Positions 1-9,874 of a DNA stretch of 35,076 nucleotides are shown piece by piece. The stretch is taken from IMG/VR virus record IMGVR_UViG_3300033994_001010. One strand, written 5' to 3'. This DNA is from an uncultured virus (IMG/VR IMGVR_UViG_3300033994_001010). Taxonomy: Duplodnaviria; Heunggongvirae; Uroviricota; Caudoviricetes. The translations under genes were made by a program, and so were the position numbers. Numbering within the stretch: the stretch's first letter is position 1; every line of letters starts with the position of its first letter. Under the pieces are notes generated by a model, which saw only the letters and a list, made by a program, of their open reading frames with translations, searched no databases and had not been told where the DNA came from.

Positions 1-1
1 A

Positions 2-535
2 CGTGGCATTGATCGTGCTTCTGCAAAGAAATATGGAATACGTTTTGACGAAAAGAAACAAGCGTGGATTTTGCCCATTGTTTCTTCCTTTGGGGAACTT
101 CTTGGGTGGCAAGAGAAGCAACCACAGATGGTCCGTAACTACCCAATAGGAGTTAAGAAGTCTGAGACCCTATTTGGCCTTGACAAGATTCAACAAAAGA
201 TTGTAATGCTTGTTGAGTCTCCACTTGATGTTGCTCGTATAGACACGGTACTTGATGGTGTGAGCGCTGTTGCATCCTTTGGTTCCCATGTGAGTAAAAC
301 ACAGATGAGGCTTTTATCTGAACATGCAGATGGTTTGATTATTGCAATGGATAATGATGAGGCTGGGATCGAGTCTGCAAAACGTATTACAAAACAAATA
401 CCATCGTTCAGGTATGGTGTAAAATATCTACACTACGCACACACGAACGCAAAAGACATCGGTGAAATGACACAAGACGAAATTATTACGGCAGTTAAGC
501 AAGCATCAGTTTTCCAGTGGTGGCTGAATGTTTAA
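2..535 (+). CDS. DNA primase, TOPRIM domain (5'-truncated by window)
   Basis: Frame is open from base 2 (RGIDRASAKKYGI...). TOPRIM motifs LVESPLD and AMDNDEAG, plus KDIGEM. Confidence 0.85.
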   Translation, partial: RGIDRASAKKYGIRFDEKKQAWILPIVSSFGELLGWQEKQPQMVRNYPIGVKKSETLFGLDKIQQKIVMLVESPLDVARIDTVLDGVSAVASFGSHVSKTQMRLLSEHADGLIIAMDNDEAGIESAKRITKQIPSFRYGVKYLHYAHTNAKDIGEMTQDEIITAVKQASVFQWWLNV

Positions 536-2072
536 AGGAACCCTTTACCCTTTTCAAGAAGAAGCAACCGAGTTGATGGTTGACCGTGGTCAGATGTTAT
601 TGGCTTTAGTTATGGGTGCTGGTAAAACAGTAACCACTATTGCAGCATTAGAAAAGTTGTTTGCTTCAGACGAAATTAAAAAGGTAATTGTTGTAGTTCC
701 TTCTGCATTGAAATACCAATGGTCAAGAGAAATAAAAAAGTTTACTGATTCAACTGTTTCTGTTATTGATGGTTCAGCAGTTAATCGTAAGAAATTGTGG
801 CGTGAATCTTTGAGTGTCAAGTATGTTGTTGTCAACCCTGAGTCCTTAGTTAATGACTTGGCACATTTTGAAAAGCACAAGTTTGATGCAATTGTTCTTG
901 ACGAAGCAACAATGATTAAAACTCCAAGGGCTAAACGTTCCAGACTAATTAAACGGCTGGGTAAGAAATACCATTACAGGTTTGCATTGACTGGTCAACC
1001 TATTGAGAACAGGCCAGAGGAATTGTTTTCAATAATGGAATTTGTCGACCCAGCAGTCCTTGGAAAGTTTGAAGTATTTGATCGCACCTTCATTGTCCGT
1101 GATCATTTTGGTAAACCAAACAGGTACAGAAACCTTAAGTCTTTGCACGAGAGTATGAAAGAGGTAATGGTTCGTAAGACTCGTGAGGATATTCAAGATC
1201 AGTTACCTCAAGTAATTAACCACTTTATTCCAGTTCCTTTTGATTCGTCTGGCGCTGCTATCTATAAGAAACTTGCAAGTGACTTGCTTGCGTCAATACA
1301 AAAAGCAATTACTCAACACGGTCGCAGTTTTGATCTTTGGGCGCACTACTACGGTAGTAACTCAAACATGGAAGCACAAGGTGAGATCATGTCTAAGTTG
1401 ACCACGTTGCGTATGTTTTGTGACAATCCTGAGTTGGTAAAGATTTCTGCTGAAATGTATTTAGACGACCACAATGACCAGGGGAGCAAGCATGCTTCTC
1501 AAATAGTTGCTCAAGGGGTAATACCCGATAACTTTAATACCCCCAAGTTAGATGCTGTTCTTCAGTACATCGAGGATGTTTTAAACGAAGACCCAAAGAA
1601 TAAGGTTGTATTGTTTTCGTTTTTCAAAAACAACTTACGACTAATTCAAAACGCAACAAAGCATTTGACTACCAGCGTTTTGTTTATGGGTGGTATGGAT
1701 ATGATGAGCAGGGATAAAGCCAAGCAACAGTTTGCTACAGACCCCAACACCCGTCTATTTTTGTCATCGGATGCTGGTGGGTACGGGGTGGACTTACCAG
1801 TGGCTAACTACTTAATTTCCTATGACCTACCGTGGAGTGCTGGAAAACTTGACCAAAGAGAAGCCCGAATTATCAGGTTGTCATCTGAGTTTCCGCACGT
1901 TAACATAGTCTCATTCGTAATGAAGGGGAGTATTGAAGAGAGGCAATACGAAATGTTGCAAGAGAAAAGGAACATCAACAAAGCGTTTGTTGATGGTGGT
2001 CACGACCACAAGGGAAACTTTCAATTGAACTTAGGCGCACTGTCTTCGTTCTTAACAAACAGCGAGGTATAA
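528..2072 (+). CDS. SNF2-family (SF2) helicase/ATPase
   Basis: Walker A MGAGKT, LDEAT (motif II), ALTGQPIEN (III), GGYGVDL and QREARIIR (V/VI). Confidence 0.9.
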   Translation: MFKGTLYPFQEEATELMVDRGQMLLALVMGAGKTVTTIAALEKLFASDEIKKVIVVVPSALKYQWSREIKKFTDSTVSVIDGSAVNRKKLWRESLSVKYVVVNPESLVNDLAHFEKHKFDAIVLDEATMIKTPRAKRSRLIKRLGKKYHYRFALTGQPIENRPEELFSIMEFVDPAVLGKFEVFDRTFIVRDHFGKPNRYRNLKSLHESMKEVMVRKTREDIQDQLPQVINHFIPVPFDSSGAAIYKKLASDLLASIQKAITQHGRSFDLWAHYYGSNSNMEAQGEIMSKLTTLRMFCDNPELVKISAEMYLDDHNDQGSKHASQIVAQGVIPDNFNTPKLDAVLQYIEDVLNEDPKNKVVLFSFFKNNLRLIQNATKHLTTSVLFMGGMDMMSRDKAKQQFATDPNTRLFLSSDAGGYGVDLPVANYLISYDLPWSAGKLDQREARIIRLSSEFPHVNIVSFVMKGSIEERQYEMLQEKRNINKAFVDGGHDHKGNFQLNLGALSSFLTNSEV

Positions 2073-2073
2073 C

Positions 2074-2493
2074 ATGGCAAAGATTGTAAGAGAAACACCA
2101 ACATCAGAATTTGATGAAGCGTACACAAGGCGAGTGGTTGAGGACTATAAGAACCACAAGTCCATGCTTGAGCAGACACAGAAGCGAGCAGATGCGCTTA
2201 AAGCAGAACTTACCGAGATGCTGGTTGCTTACGGTAACCCAGATGAAAAGGGAAACATTTGGATTGACTTGGGAGATGTAGAACTCAAGCGTGAGCGCCG
2301 TGTTTCCAAATCATTTAACTCCAGTGCTGCTGAAGCGTGGGCAAAAGAAAATGGTCATTGGGACACCGTTAAAGAAGTTGTTGAAGTACTTAGTGAGGAC
2401 AAGTTACTTGGCCTTGCTTGGAACAGCGAAGACATTCAAGAAAAAGTCAAGACGTTTTATGTTGAGAAAGAAACATGGGCGTTGAAGGCTTAA
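2074..2493 (+). CDS. hypothetical phage protein (coiled-coil N-terminus)
   Basis: 139-aa ORF with GAGG RBS inside the replication operon. Confidence 0.7.
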   Translation: MAKIVRETPTSEFDEAYTRRVVEDYKNHKSMLEQTQKRADALKAELTEMLVAYGNPDEKGNIWIDLGDVELKRERRVSKSFNSSAAEAWAKENGHWDTVKEVVEVLSEDKLLGLAWNSEDIQEKVKTFYVEKETWALKA

Positions 2494-2918
2494 GTGATTT
2501 CTTAGGAGATCTTCCTAATTATCCAGGAAAGAAGCCGCCCAAGAACAGGGCTAATTCTAAAAAAGATAAGGAAGAAGACCCCTTTGAATTTCTTCACGCA
2601 ACGTACTACCAAGTGCGTGGGGAAAAGACCGCCTTCTATACAGTTGGTCAGGTCGCTAAAGTGCTAGGTAGGAGGACAGATACGATACGTCAATGGGAAA
2701 ACAAGGGATTAATTCCTACCCCAAGGTTTCGTACTGCCCCTCCTGAAGGAGATCAAATTCCTGGAAAACCTGCAAAAGGGCGTAGGCTTTACAGCCGAAG
2801 TCAGGTAGAGTTGTTGATCTACTCAGTTAAACATTTTGGACTCGAAGGTAATGGTCGAGAAAAAGGTGCAGATTGGGTAGGCTTCAAAAAATATATACAA
2901 ACACACTGGTCAAACTAA
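2475..2918 (+). CDS. MerR-type helix-turn-helix DNA-binding protein
   Basis: YTVGQVAKVLGRRTDTIRQWENKGLIP...GRRLYS is a MerR HTH signature. Confidence 0.8.
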   Translation: MGVEGLSDFLGDLPNYPGKKPPKNRANSKKDKEEDPFEFLHATYYQVRGEKTAFYTVGQVAKVLGRRTDTIRQWENKGLIPTPRFRTAPPEGDQIPGKPAKGRRLYSRSQVELLIYSVKHFGLEGNGREKGADWVGFKKYIQTHWSN

Positions 2919-2942
2919 ACACACGAAAGAGTAAGGTACAGC

Positions 2943-3635
2943 ATGTCAAACCGATATGACGAATTTGAAGATGACGAGCAAGAAATTGCTTCTCCTCAGA
3001 AAACAGAAATCACAGCAAAGCAAACAGATGCAACTGAAGCACCTACAGCACGAGCAATTAAGCGTGGTTGGGGTGCAGCAGATCGTGTCCAAGAAGCAGC
3101 ATCACCGTATGCACAACGCTTCAAGGTAACTGAAGATACACAAGTAATCAAGTTCCTTGAAGACGAGCCATACGCATCGTTCCGCACACACTGGATTGAT
3201 GGTCGCCAAGGCCAAAAGTCGTTTGTTTGCTTGCATGAAGACCCAAACGGTTGCCCACTGTGTGATGCAGGTAATCGCCCAAGTACAAAGTTTGCATTCA
3301 ACATTGCAATTCTTAGCAATGATGAAGAGCCACTGGTTAAGTCCTTTGAAGTTGGTGTTCGTTTGATTGACCAACTGAAGAACTTCCATCTTGACCCACG
3401 TCAAGGACCTCTGTCCAAGAATTACTGGGCAGTGTCTAAGACTGGTAAGGGCGCACAAACACAAACCATCTTGCAGATGGTACGTGAGCGTGACCTTGAG
3501 GAATGGAATTTGACAGCGTTCAATGAGGACAACATGAAGTTCCTGATGAACAACGTTTATGATCCAAGCATCATCAAGATTCCTACACGCACTGAGTTGC
3601 TAGAAGTAGCAACAGAATTACTTGACGCTCAATAG
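2943..3635 (+). CDS. single-stranded DNA-binding protein, gp32-like with Zn ligands
   Basis: H...C...CPLC cluster, acidic N-terminus, located directly before the DNA polymerase. Confidence 0.65.
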   Translation: MSNRYDEFEDDEQEIASPQKTEITAKQTDATEAPTARAIKRGWGAADRVQEAASPYAQRFKVTEDTQVIKFLEDEPYASFRTHWIDGRQGQKSFVCLHEDPNGCPLCDAGNRPSTKFAFNIAILSNDEEPLVKSFEVGVRLIDQLKNFHLDPRQGPLSKNYWAVSKTGKGAQTQTILQMVRERDLEEWNLTAFNEDNMKFLMNNVYDPSIIKIPTRTELLEVATELLDAQ

Positions 3636-3640
3636 TCATC

Positions 3641-5692
3641 ATGCAACAGACGGTACACACCGTTGAAGAGTTGCAAGAAATTGTTGAGGTAGTTACAAAG
3701 GCAGGGGAGTTTGCCTTTGACATTGAGTCCCGTGGGGTTATTGAGCGCCATGATGACATCAATACACTTTTTTTAAAAGAGTGTAAAGATCACATCGCAA
3801 CGCTTAAGAACCCTGCGGATTCAATTGTTGCATCATCAACAGAAGCAATTCGCCAACGCTATCTCAAAGAACTAGCACTAGATCCGTTACGCAATGAAGT
3901 CTTTTGGATTGGTATTGCCACCTACGGTCGCTCATGGGCTATACCTATGGGCCATTTACTTGGTGAAATAATTGTTCCTGAAGAACGTGGTGATGGTACG
4001 ACAATTCCACCAGAGGGGTATCGTAAGATAACCGCAAATGGTAAAGAGTCAATGGCAAAAGCCAAGTATGTAATTCCTGGTGTGTATTCTGAACCACCAG
4101 AACAATTATCCCGTTATGAAGTGTTTGAAGCACTACGACCAATATTCTTTAGCAACCTTACAAAGATTGGTCACAACGTAAAGTTTGATGCTCGCTCTAT
4201 TCGCAAGTATTACGGTGAACTACCACCGGGTCCGTACATGGACACAATGATTCTCCAACACCTAGAGAATGAAAACTCTCAATCATTTTCATTAACTAAC
4301 TTAATTGCCCAGAACTTTGGTGGGCATGATGCCTACGCTAAAGAAGGAAAACTTGGCGCTGTTATTAATACTGTTCCCTTTAGTTCTGCTGCGAAGTATG
4401 TTCACCTAGATGCTCGTTGGACATGGATGCTTTACACTAAGTTGCGTTCTAAGTTAAACCTTATCGAGTCCATACAACCTGCTATTCAACAGGAGTCAGA
4501 TGTCCTTCGGGTAATCATGGAGATGGAAGATGAGGGCATTACGGTAAACACTGCTTCTTTGAAACTTCTTAGAAAAGAACTAGATGGAAAGATGCGTGAG
4601 TGCCTACTTGATATCGTGGACAATTCATACGCAGGGTTTAACCCTGATTCAAATAAAGATAAACAAACGTACTTGTTTACAGGAAAACGACAGGGTGGGT
4701 TAGGACTCAAACCATCAAAGAAAACTGCAAGTGGAGCACCATCAGTTGATGCCGATGCTCTTGACAAACTTAAAGACAAGCATCCGTTGATTCCTATGTT
4801 GTTGCAGTGGTCGGAACTTGGAAAGATGAAGTCAACCTATGTTGATGGACTTATACCTAAATTAAACAACGGTAAGTTGCACCCGTCATTTAACATGCAT
4901 CGTGCTGCCACAGGTCGCTTATCCTCATCTAACCCAAACTTACAGAACATTCCACGAGACTCAACTATCCGCAGTTTGTTTGTCCCACCAGATGGGTACA
5001 CAATGCTCGTGGCTGACTACGACCAGATCGAGTTGAGAGTCATGGCTATGTTTAGCCAGGATGAAAGGCTTTTGCACATCTTTAAACATAACGAGGACAT
5101 TCACGCTGCAACTGCTGCTGCTGTATTTAAAAAGCCTTTGGAAGAAGTGACATCAGAAGAACGTCAGATTGGTAAGGGTGTTAACTTTCTCACTGCGTAC
5201 GGTGGTGGTCATAAAAAACTTGCAGTACAGACTGGTATTGAGGAAGAGCATGCCATGTCAATTCTTGATAACTACTATAAGAGTTTCTCTGGTCTAACTA
5301 GATGGAAACAGATTGCAATTACTAAAGCAGTAAAAATTGGGTATGTGTCAACGATTAGTGGTCGGAGAAGAAGACTTCCAGAACTTTTGTCCAAAGATTC
5401 TTTTACTCAATCACGAGCACAGCGCCAAGCCATCAACGCTATTATTCAAGGAAGTGCCGCAGACATCTGTAAGCAGGCTATGATTGACGTATCAAACGCT
5501 TTCATGGGTACTCAGGCGAAGATGCTTGTACAAATTCATGACGAACTTGTAGCGGTTGCCCCAGAAGAAGACGAAAACTCTGCAATGTCTACGTTAGTTT
5601 CTGCTATGGGTCACGACAGGAGTATTATGGGGGTGACACTTAAAGTGTCCTGTCATGCAGCAACGAACTGGTCGGAGGCAAAAGGCAAATGA
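3641..5692 (+). CDS. polA: family A DNA polymerase with 3'-5' exonuclease domain (no 5'-3' exo)
   Basis: ExoI FDIES, ExoII GHNVKFD, ExoIII YVHLD; TGRLSSSNPNLQNIP, motif A DYDQIELR, motif B KGVNFLTAYG, motif C QIHDEL. Confidence 0.95.
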   Translation: MQQTVHTVEELQEIVEVVTKAGEFAFDIESRGVIERHDDINTLFLKECKDHIATLKNPADSIVASSTEAIRQRYLKELALDPLRNEVFWIGIATYGRSWAIPMGHLLGEIIVPEERGDGTTIPPEGYRKITANGKESMAKAKYVIPGVYSEPPEQLSRYEVFEALRPIFFSNLTKIGHNVKFDARSIRKYYGELPPGPYMDTMILQHLENENSQSFSLTNLIAQNFGGHDAYAKEGKLGAVINTVPFSSAAKYVHLDARWTWMLYTKLRSKLNLIESIQPAIQQESDVLRVIMEMEDEGITVNTASLKLLRKELDGKMRECLLDIVDNSYAGFNPDSNKDKQTYLFTGKRQGGLGLKPSKKTASGAPSVDADALDKLKDKHPLIPMLLQWSELGKMKSTYVDGLIPKLNNGKLHPSFNMHRAATGRLSSSNPNLQNIPRDSTIRSLFVPPDGYTMLVADYDQIELRVMAMFSQDERLLHIFKHNEDIHAATAAAVFKKPLEEVTSEERQIGKGVNFLTAYGGGHKKLAVQTGIEEEHAMSILDNYYKSFSGLTRWKQIAITKAVKIGYVSTISGRRRRLPELLSKDSFTQSRAQRQAINAIIQGSAADICKQAMIDVSNAFMGTQAKMLVQIHDELVAVAPEEDENSAMSTLVSAMGHDRSIMGVTLKVSCHAATNWSEAKGK

Positions 5693-6039
5693 ATAACATT
5701 ACGGAGAAAAGAAACTTCTGTCTTATGCTTTCATTACCTTCAGGTCAAGGGTTTGCCCAGAAGTTAGGTCTTACACCACCTTCTAAAGATGTTCAAGAAT
5801 TAGAACAGATTCAAATAGATTCACAGTGGGATTTGCTACATGAATTTGGTGTTTTTGATGAGATTTCTGAGTCAGTTGAGTGGTTTACAGAGATATTATC
5901 TACTAATATGGATGGAGAAGAGATGCCACCAATGGCTGCTATTGAAGGATCTAAAGCAGTGTTGGTTTCTTTTGGGATGGCATTGATTCAAAAGTTATTA
6001 GAAAACGAAATGATTGTAATAATCTCTCCGTTAGACTAA
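5689..6039 (+). CDS. hypothetical protein
   Basis: 116-aa acidic ORF overlapping the polA stop. Confidence 0.65.
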   Translation: MNNITEKRNFCLMLSLPSGQGFAQKLGLTPPSKDVQELEQIQIDSQWDLLHEFGVFDEISESVEWFTEILSTNMDGEEMPPMAAIEGSKAVLVSFGMALIQKLLENEMIVIISPLD

Positions 6040-6049
6040 GGAAACAATA

Positions 6050-6427
6050 ATGAGCAGTTGGTGGGATAGAAAATTAAACAACGCACCCCAAGAGGAGCGT
6101 AGGTCACTTCCTACAGAGCGTGTAGTTTTGCCTGCACTACAACAGCAAGCACAAGAACGTGTTATGCAATCACCATTGCAACACCAAACACACGTGTCTC
6201 AACAGGTTGATCCTAATGGACAAACTGATATGGGTACAGCAATTAGATCATGGCGTGGTGGTGAAGCACATCGTGTAGATGGTAATCAATCTTGTCCACG
6301 ATGTGGGAGTAACAACGTATTTAGTAGATCAAATGCATCAGCAGGTGGAAAAGTTCCTGCCCCAAGATGCTTTGAATGTGGGTGGAATTCCCTGTATGAT
6401 CAAGGTGAACAAGCCAACTGGGTATAG
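6050..6427 (+). CDS. hypothetical protein with C-terminal Zn ribbon
   Basis: CPRC...CFEC; AAGGA RBS. Confidence 0.7.
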   Translation: MSSWWDRKLNNAPQEERRSLPTERVVLPALQQQAQERVMQSPLQHQTHVSQQVDPNGQTDMGTAIRSWRGGEAHRVDGNQSCPRCGSNNVFSRSNASAGGKVPAPRCFECGWNSLYDQGEQANWV

Positions 6428-6435
6428 GAGAATAA

Positions 6436-7458
6436 GTGGAAAACAATTGGGACAGTTTGTCTTCAATCATTAATTCGGTTAACAAGCAATACGGTGCAGG
6501 AACAATTGTTAAGGGTAGTGAGACCCGTGGCAAATTAGATCGAATCTCTACTGGCATATTGTCGTACGACCTCATGCTTGGTGGTGGTTGGCCTGTAAAC
6601 CAGTGGAGTGAAATCATTGGTGAAGAATCATCTGGTAAGACTGCACTTGCATTTAAGACCATTGCAACTAACCAAGCATTGAACCCAGACTTTATTTGTT
6701 TGTGGGTTGCTGCTGAAGAGTTTGTTCCTGAGTATGCAGAGTCAATTGGTGTTGATCTTGAGCGATTGTGGATTGTTGAAACCAACATTATGGAGCATGC
6801 TTACAACCTTGTAATTAATGTTATGTCTAACCGTGCTGCTGACATGATCGTTATTGACTCCCTACCTGCGCTTGTTCCTGGTGATGAATCTGAAAAGACA
6901 ATGGAAGAGTTCACCGTGGGTCTTGGTGCTCGTCTTACGTCTAAGTTCTTTCGTAAGTCTTCAGAGGCTCAAAAGCGTTCGCTTATTACAGAAGAACGTG
7001 TTTGTACTGGTTTGATGATTAACCAATGGAGACAAAAGATTGGTGTGATGTGGGGTGACCCACGCACAACCCCAGGTGGATTGGCAAAGAACTTTGCTTA
7101 CTTCTGCCGTGTTGAGGTAAAGCGTGATGAGTGGTTGAAAGACAAAGACGAAGTAGTTGGGCAAACTATCAAGGCCAGAACACTTAAGAACAAGACTTAC
7201 CGCCCTAATCAAAGCGCTGTTATTGATTTCTATTTTGCCCAAACACAAGGGTTTGAAAAAGGTGACTACGACACGCTTAAAGACATGATAAACATCGGTA
7301 TTGCTATTGATGTTATTACCCGTGCTGGTGCTTATTATTCATTTGGTGAGGGTCGTTGGCAGGGTAAGGACAAAATGCTTGATGCATTTCGTGAAGACCT
7401 TGACATGCAAAAAGTTCTAATTGCCAAAGTTGAAGCACATTACGGTGTGGCACGGTGA
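6436..7458 (+). CDS. recA: RecA-family recombinase
   Basis: GEESSGKT Walker A, IVIDSLPAL Walker B, INQWRQKIGVMWGDPRTTPGG, AGAYYSF; GTG start with AGGAG RBS. Confidence 0.93.
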   Translation: MENNWDSLSSIINSVNKQYGAGTIVKGSETRGKLDRISTGILSYDLMLGGGWPVNQWSEIIGEESSGKTALAFKTIATNQALNPDFICLWVAAEEFVPEYAESIGVDLERLWIVETNIMEHAYNLVINVMSNRAADMIVIDSLPALVPGDESEKTMEEFTVGLGARLTSKFFRKSSEAQKRSLITEERVCTGLMINQWRQKIGVMWGDPRTTPGGLAKNFAYFCRVEVKRDEWLKDKDEVVGQTIKARTLKNKTYRPNQSAVIDFYFAQTQGFEKGDYDTLKDMINIGIAIDVITRAGAYYSFGEGRWQGKDKMLDAFREDLDMQKVLIAKVEAHYGVAR

Positions 7459-7793
7459 AGGTTATAGGAAAAGATCCAGCCGATGACAGAAGAAACATTA
7501 ACAAAGCGTCTGTTAAACAAGAAAAGCGAACCGCTAATTCGTATAAGGGATCTCGTAATGCTCGCTCTGGTGCTGGTTGGCTTCGCAAAAATGATGTTCG
7601 TGCGGAAAACTTCCTCATCGAAAACAAACTCACAACAGGATTAACTCAGATAACTATCAAGGCTCTTGACCTTGTTGAGTTGCGTGAACGTGCAATTATT
7701 GAAGAAAGAGTTCCTATATTGCAGTTTGATATTGGTGGTAGACGATATGTTGTTATACCAGAAGACGATTTCTTGGAGATGATTGATGAGTGA
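7455..7793 (+). CDS. PD-(D/E)XK nuclease, Holliday-junction-resolvase-like
   Basis: KQEKRTA...SGAGW..KNDV.....LIENK pattern. Confidence 0.65.
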   Translation: MKVIGKDPADDRRNINKASVKQEKRTANSYKGSRNARSGAGWLRKNDVRAENFLIENKLTTGLTQITIKALDLVELRERAIIEERVPILQFDIGGRRYVVIPEDDFLEMIDE

Positions 7794-8724
7794 GATGCAT
7801 GATTACAAGAAGTTGTTGACTATGAATGGTCGTGTGCTTCCAACTGTGGCAATGCAGATCCTAAAAGATCGTAATGTTCGTGAAGAAACTAGAGATACAG
7901 ACCACCTTCACCCTAGTGATTTGGCAAAGAGAGATTGGTGTCCACGGTCTAATTGGTACACCATTAAGAAACACCCTAAAGACCCAGACAACTTTTCATT
8001 TCAACGTTTGAATGTGTTTGCTGAAGGTCATTACATCCACGCTAAATGGCAAGACTGGCTAAACAATGCTGGAGTTCTTGAAGGTTTGTGGCAGTGCAAG
8101 AATGATATTTGTAATCATAAATGGGAAGCAGTAAGCCCAGAGAAATGCCCATCGTGTGGAACTCCTAAACCTATTTACCGTGAAGTTCCTATTAGTAATG
8201 AGGAATATCACATCCTGGGTCATGCTGACGGTATTGTTAATGATAAGCAAGGTCGAACGTTAATCGAGATTAAGTCTGTTGGTCTTGGGTCAGTTCGTTT
8301 TGAAGCCCCAGATCTGTATTACGCATATCAAAAAGGTGAAATAACTCTTGATGGTTTGTGGAAAAAGATTAGACAACCATTCTCAAGCCACATTAGGCAG
8401 GGTTTGTTGTATATGTATTGCACTGGTATTCACCAGATGACTTTTTTGTATGAGTGGAAACCTACTCAAGAGGTTAAAGAGTTTGTAGTTGGATTTACGC
8501 CAGAATTAGTGCAACCAATGCTTGACAACTGCAAGAGACTTATGTCAGCATTGAATGGAGACATTCCACCAATGCGACCGATGTGGGCAGAAGAACCTAC
8601 ATGCAACGGCTGCAAATATTGTCCTTATAAAAACACATGTTGGAGATTAGACGATGAATCCAGAGATGGAACTGTTCAAACAAAACTTCCCGTTACCAGA
8701 AAAACCAAAAGGACTACTACCTGA
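7783..8724 (+). CDS. Cas4-like PD-(D/E)XK exonuclease with Cys clusters
   Basis: HPSD...WCPR, GHYIH, GHADG...IEIKS, Q...Y, C-terminal CNGCKYCPYKNTC. Confidence 0.8.
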   Translation: MMSEMHDYKKLLTMNGRVLPTVAMQILKDRNVREETRDTDHLHPSDLAKRDWCPRSNWYTIKKHPKDPDNFSFQRLNVFAEGHYIHAKWQDWLNNAGVLEGLWQCKNDICNHKWEAVSPEKCPSCGTPKPIYREVPISNEEYHILGHADGIVNDKQGRTLIEIKSVGLGSVRFEAPDLYYAYQKGEITLDGLWKKIRQPFSSHIRQGLLYMYCTGIHQMTFLYEWKPTQEVKEFVVGFTPELVQPMLDNCKRLMSALNGDIPPMRPMWAEEPTCNGCKYCPYKNTCWRLDDESRDGTVQTKLPVTRKTKRTTT

Positions 8725-9124
8725 ACTTCCCCGTAACATCGGAGACATTGGCGACTCCGATTTAATGGAGTTGTATACCGACTTTATGGCTTGGTTAGTA
8801 TACGCCAAGGCTCAATTAGTTCAGGCTGAGATTTCAGAAGAACGTGAACGAAACATTCTTGAGTACCTACAGTCCAGTGTCTTGATTGAGCAGTGGGGTG
8901 ATAAGGCTAAAGGTGACCTTGTTACCGTGGCAAAGGCCAAGCGAGATGTTGATTTAAGGATTCAAGACCAGATTGAAATACACACACAAAAACGTGCTTA
9001 CCGTAAATTGGTAGACACTGTGTTTGATCGTTGCGAGCGTGGTGCTCAGGTAGTTTCTCGTGAACTGTCACGCCGCATTGGTATGTCAGGTAAGGAACTT
9101 CGCCAACACCGATTTATGCCATAA
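8654..9124 (+). CDS. hypothetical helical protein (possible recombination mediator)
   Basis: 156-aa coiled-coil-like ORF between nucleases; the role is inferred from position only. Confidence 0.6.
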   Translation: MNPEMELFKQNFPLPEKPKGLLPELPRNIGDIGDSDLMELYTDFMAWLVYAKAQLVQAEISEERERNILEYLQSSVLIEQWGDKAKGDLVTVAKAKRDVDLRIQDQIEIHTQKRAYRKLVDTVFDRCERGAQVVSRELSRRIGMSGKELRQHRFMP

Positions 9125-9166
9125 ATAAGTTTGTACCCACACACAAAATTTTGGAGATAGACCCAG

Positions 9167-9538
9167 ATGGGAAATAAGCACAAAGCAAAAGGGACATCGT
9201 TTGAGACCCTTATTGTCAACTATCTTAAAGAGCAAGATTTCTGTAATGCTCGCCGTACAGCCCTCGCTGGGGAGAACGATGCTGGAGATATTCATGGCGT
9301 GGTTCAGGTTCGTGAAGTCCCCGCTAAAGAAATTGCCATTCAATGTAAGAATCAGAAGTCATTTAAACTAAGTGAATGGCTAAATGCTACAGTGGAGCAG
9401 GCTTCCAAATTGAAGCGTGGGGTTCCTTTGTTGGTAGTGAAGCGACCGGGGAAAGGTGTTGCTGCTATTGGGGAATCCTATGCAATTATGCCCTTAGAAG
9501 ACATGCTTAAGTTGCTCAAGGATGCTGGTTACGCATAA
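9167..9538 (+). CDS. Holliday junction resolvase (Hjc-like)
   Basis: KAKGTSFE...DAGDI...IQCK motif. Confidence 0.8.
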   Translation: MGNKHKAKGTSFETLIVNYLKEQDFCNARRTALAGENDAGDIHGVVQVREVPAKEIAIQCKNQKSFKLSEWLNATVEQASKLKRGVPLLVVKRPGKGVAAIGESYAIMPLEDMLKLLKDAGYA

Positions 9539-9580
9539 ATGATATTATTGGGACAACTGTTTACCTAACTAGGAGTCAAT

Positions 9581-9871
9581 ATGTCCCAAGAATTGCATAC
9601 AAAAGTTGAAGATGTTCTGAAAGTATCAGGCTCGAGCAACCCACAAAGTGTGGGTTCAATCCTCGCCCGTTCTGTTGTGGCAGGCCATTTGCCCAAGATT
9701 CGAGCCATTGGCGCAAGCGCTGTAAACCAAGGCGCTAAAGCATGCGCTATTGCACGTGGTTTTGTCGCCCCACGTGGCATGGACCTTTCGTTTGTGATTG
9801 GCTTTGATGATATTATTGGTGAGAATGGAGAAAATATCTCCGCTATTTCCTTCAAACCCGTAGTGAGGTAA
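9581..9871 (+). CDS. spoVS: SpoVS-family protein (Alba-like fold)
   Basis: LKVSGSSNPQSVG...AIGASAVNQGAKACAIARGFVAPRGMDL closely matches the SpoVS signature; AGGAG RBS. Confidence 0.9.
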   Translation: MSQELHTKVEDVLKVSGSSNPQSVGSILARSVVAGHLPKIRAIGASAVNQGAKACAIARGFVAPRGMDLSFVIGFDDIIGENGENISAISFKPVVR

Positions 9872-9874
9872 ACA

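Noticed and set aside
3720..4120. Intein in DNA polymerase
   Set aside because: The inserts are short and lack C/S...HN splice termini and LAGLIDADG motifs.
7783..8724. Cas4-like gene as evidence of a CRISPR-Cas system
   Set aside because: There are no other cas genes or arrays; solo Cas4-like nucleases are common in phage recombination modules.
9120..9545. CATAAAT after two stop codons as T4-like late promoters
   Set aside because: The matches are incomplete and include the TAA stops; no phage sigma factor is seen.
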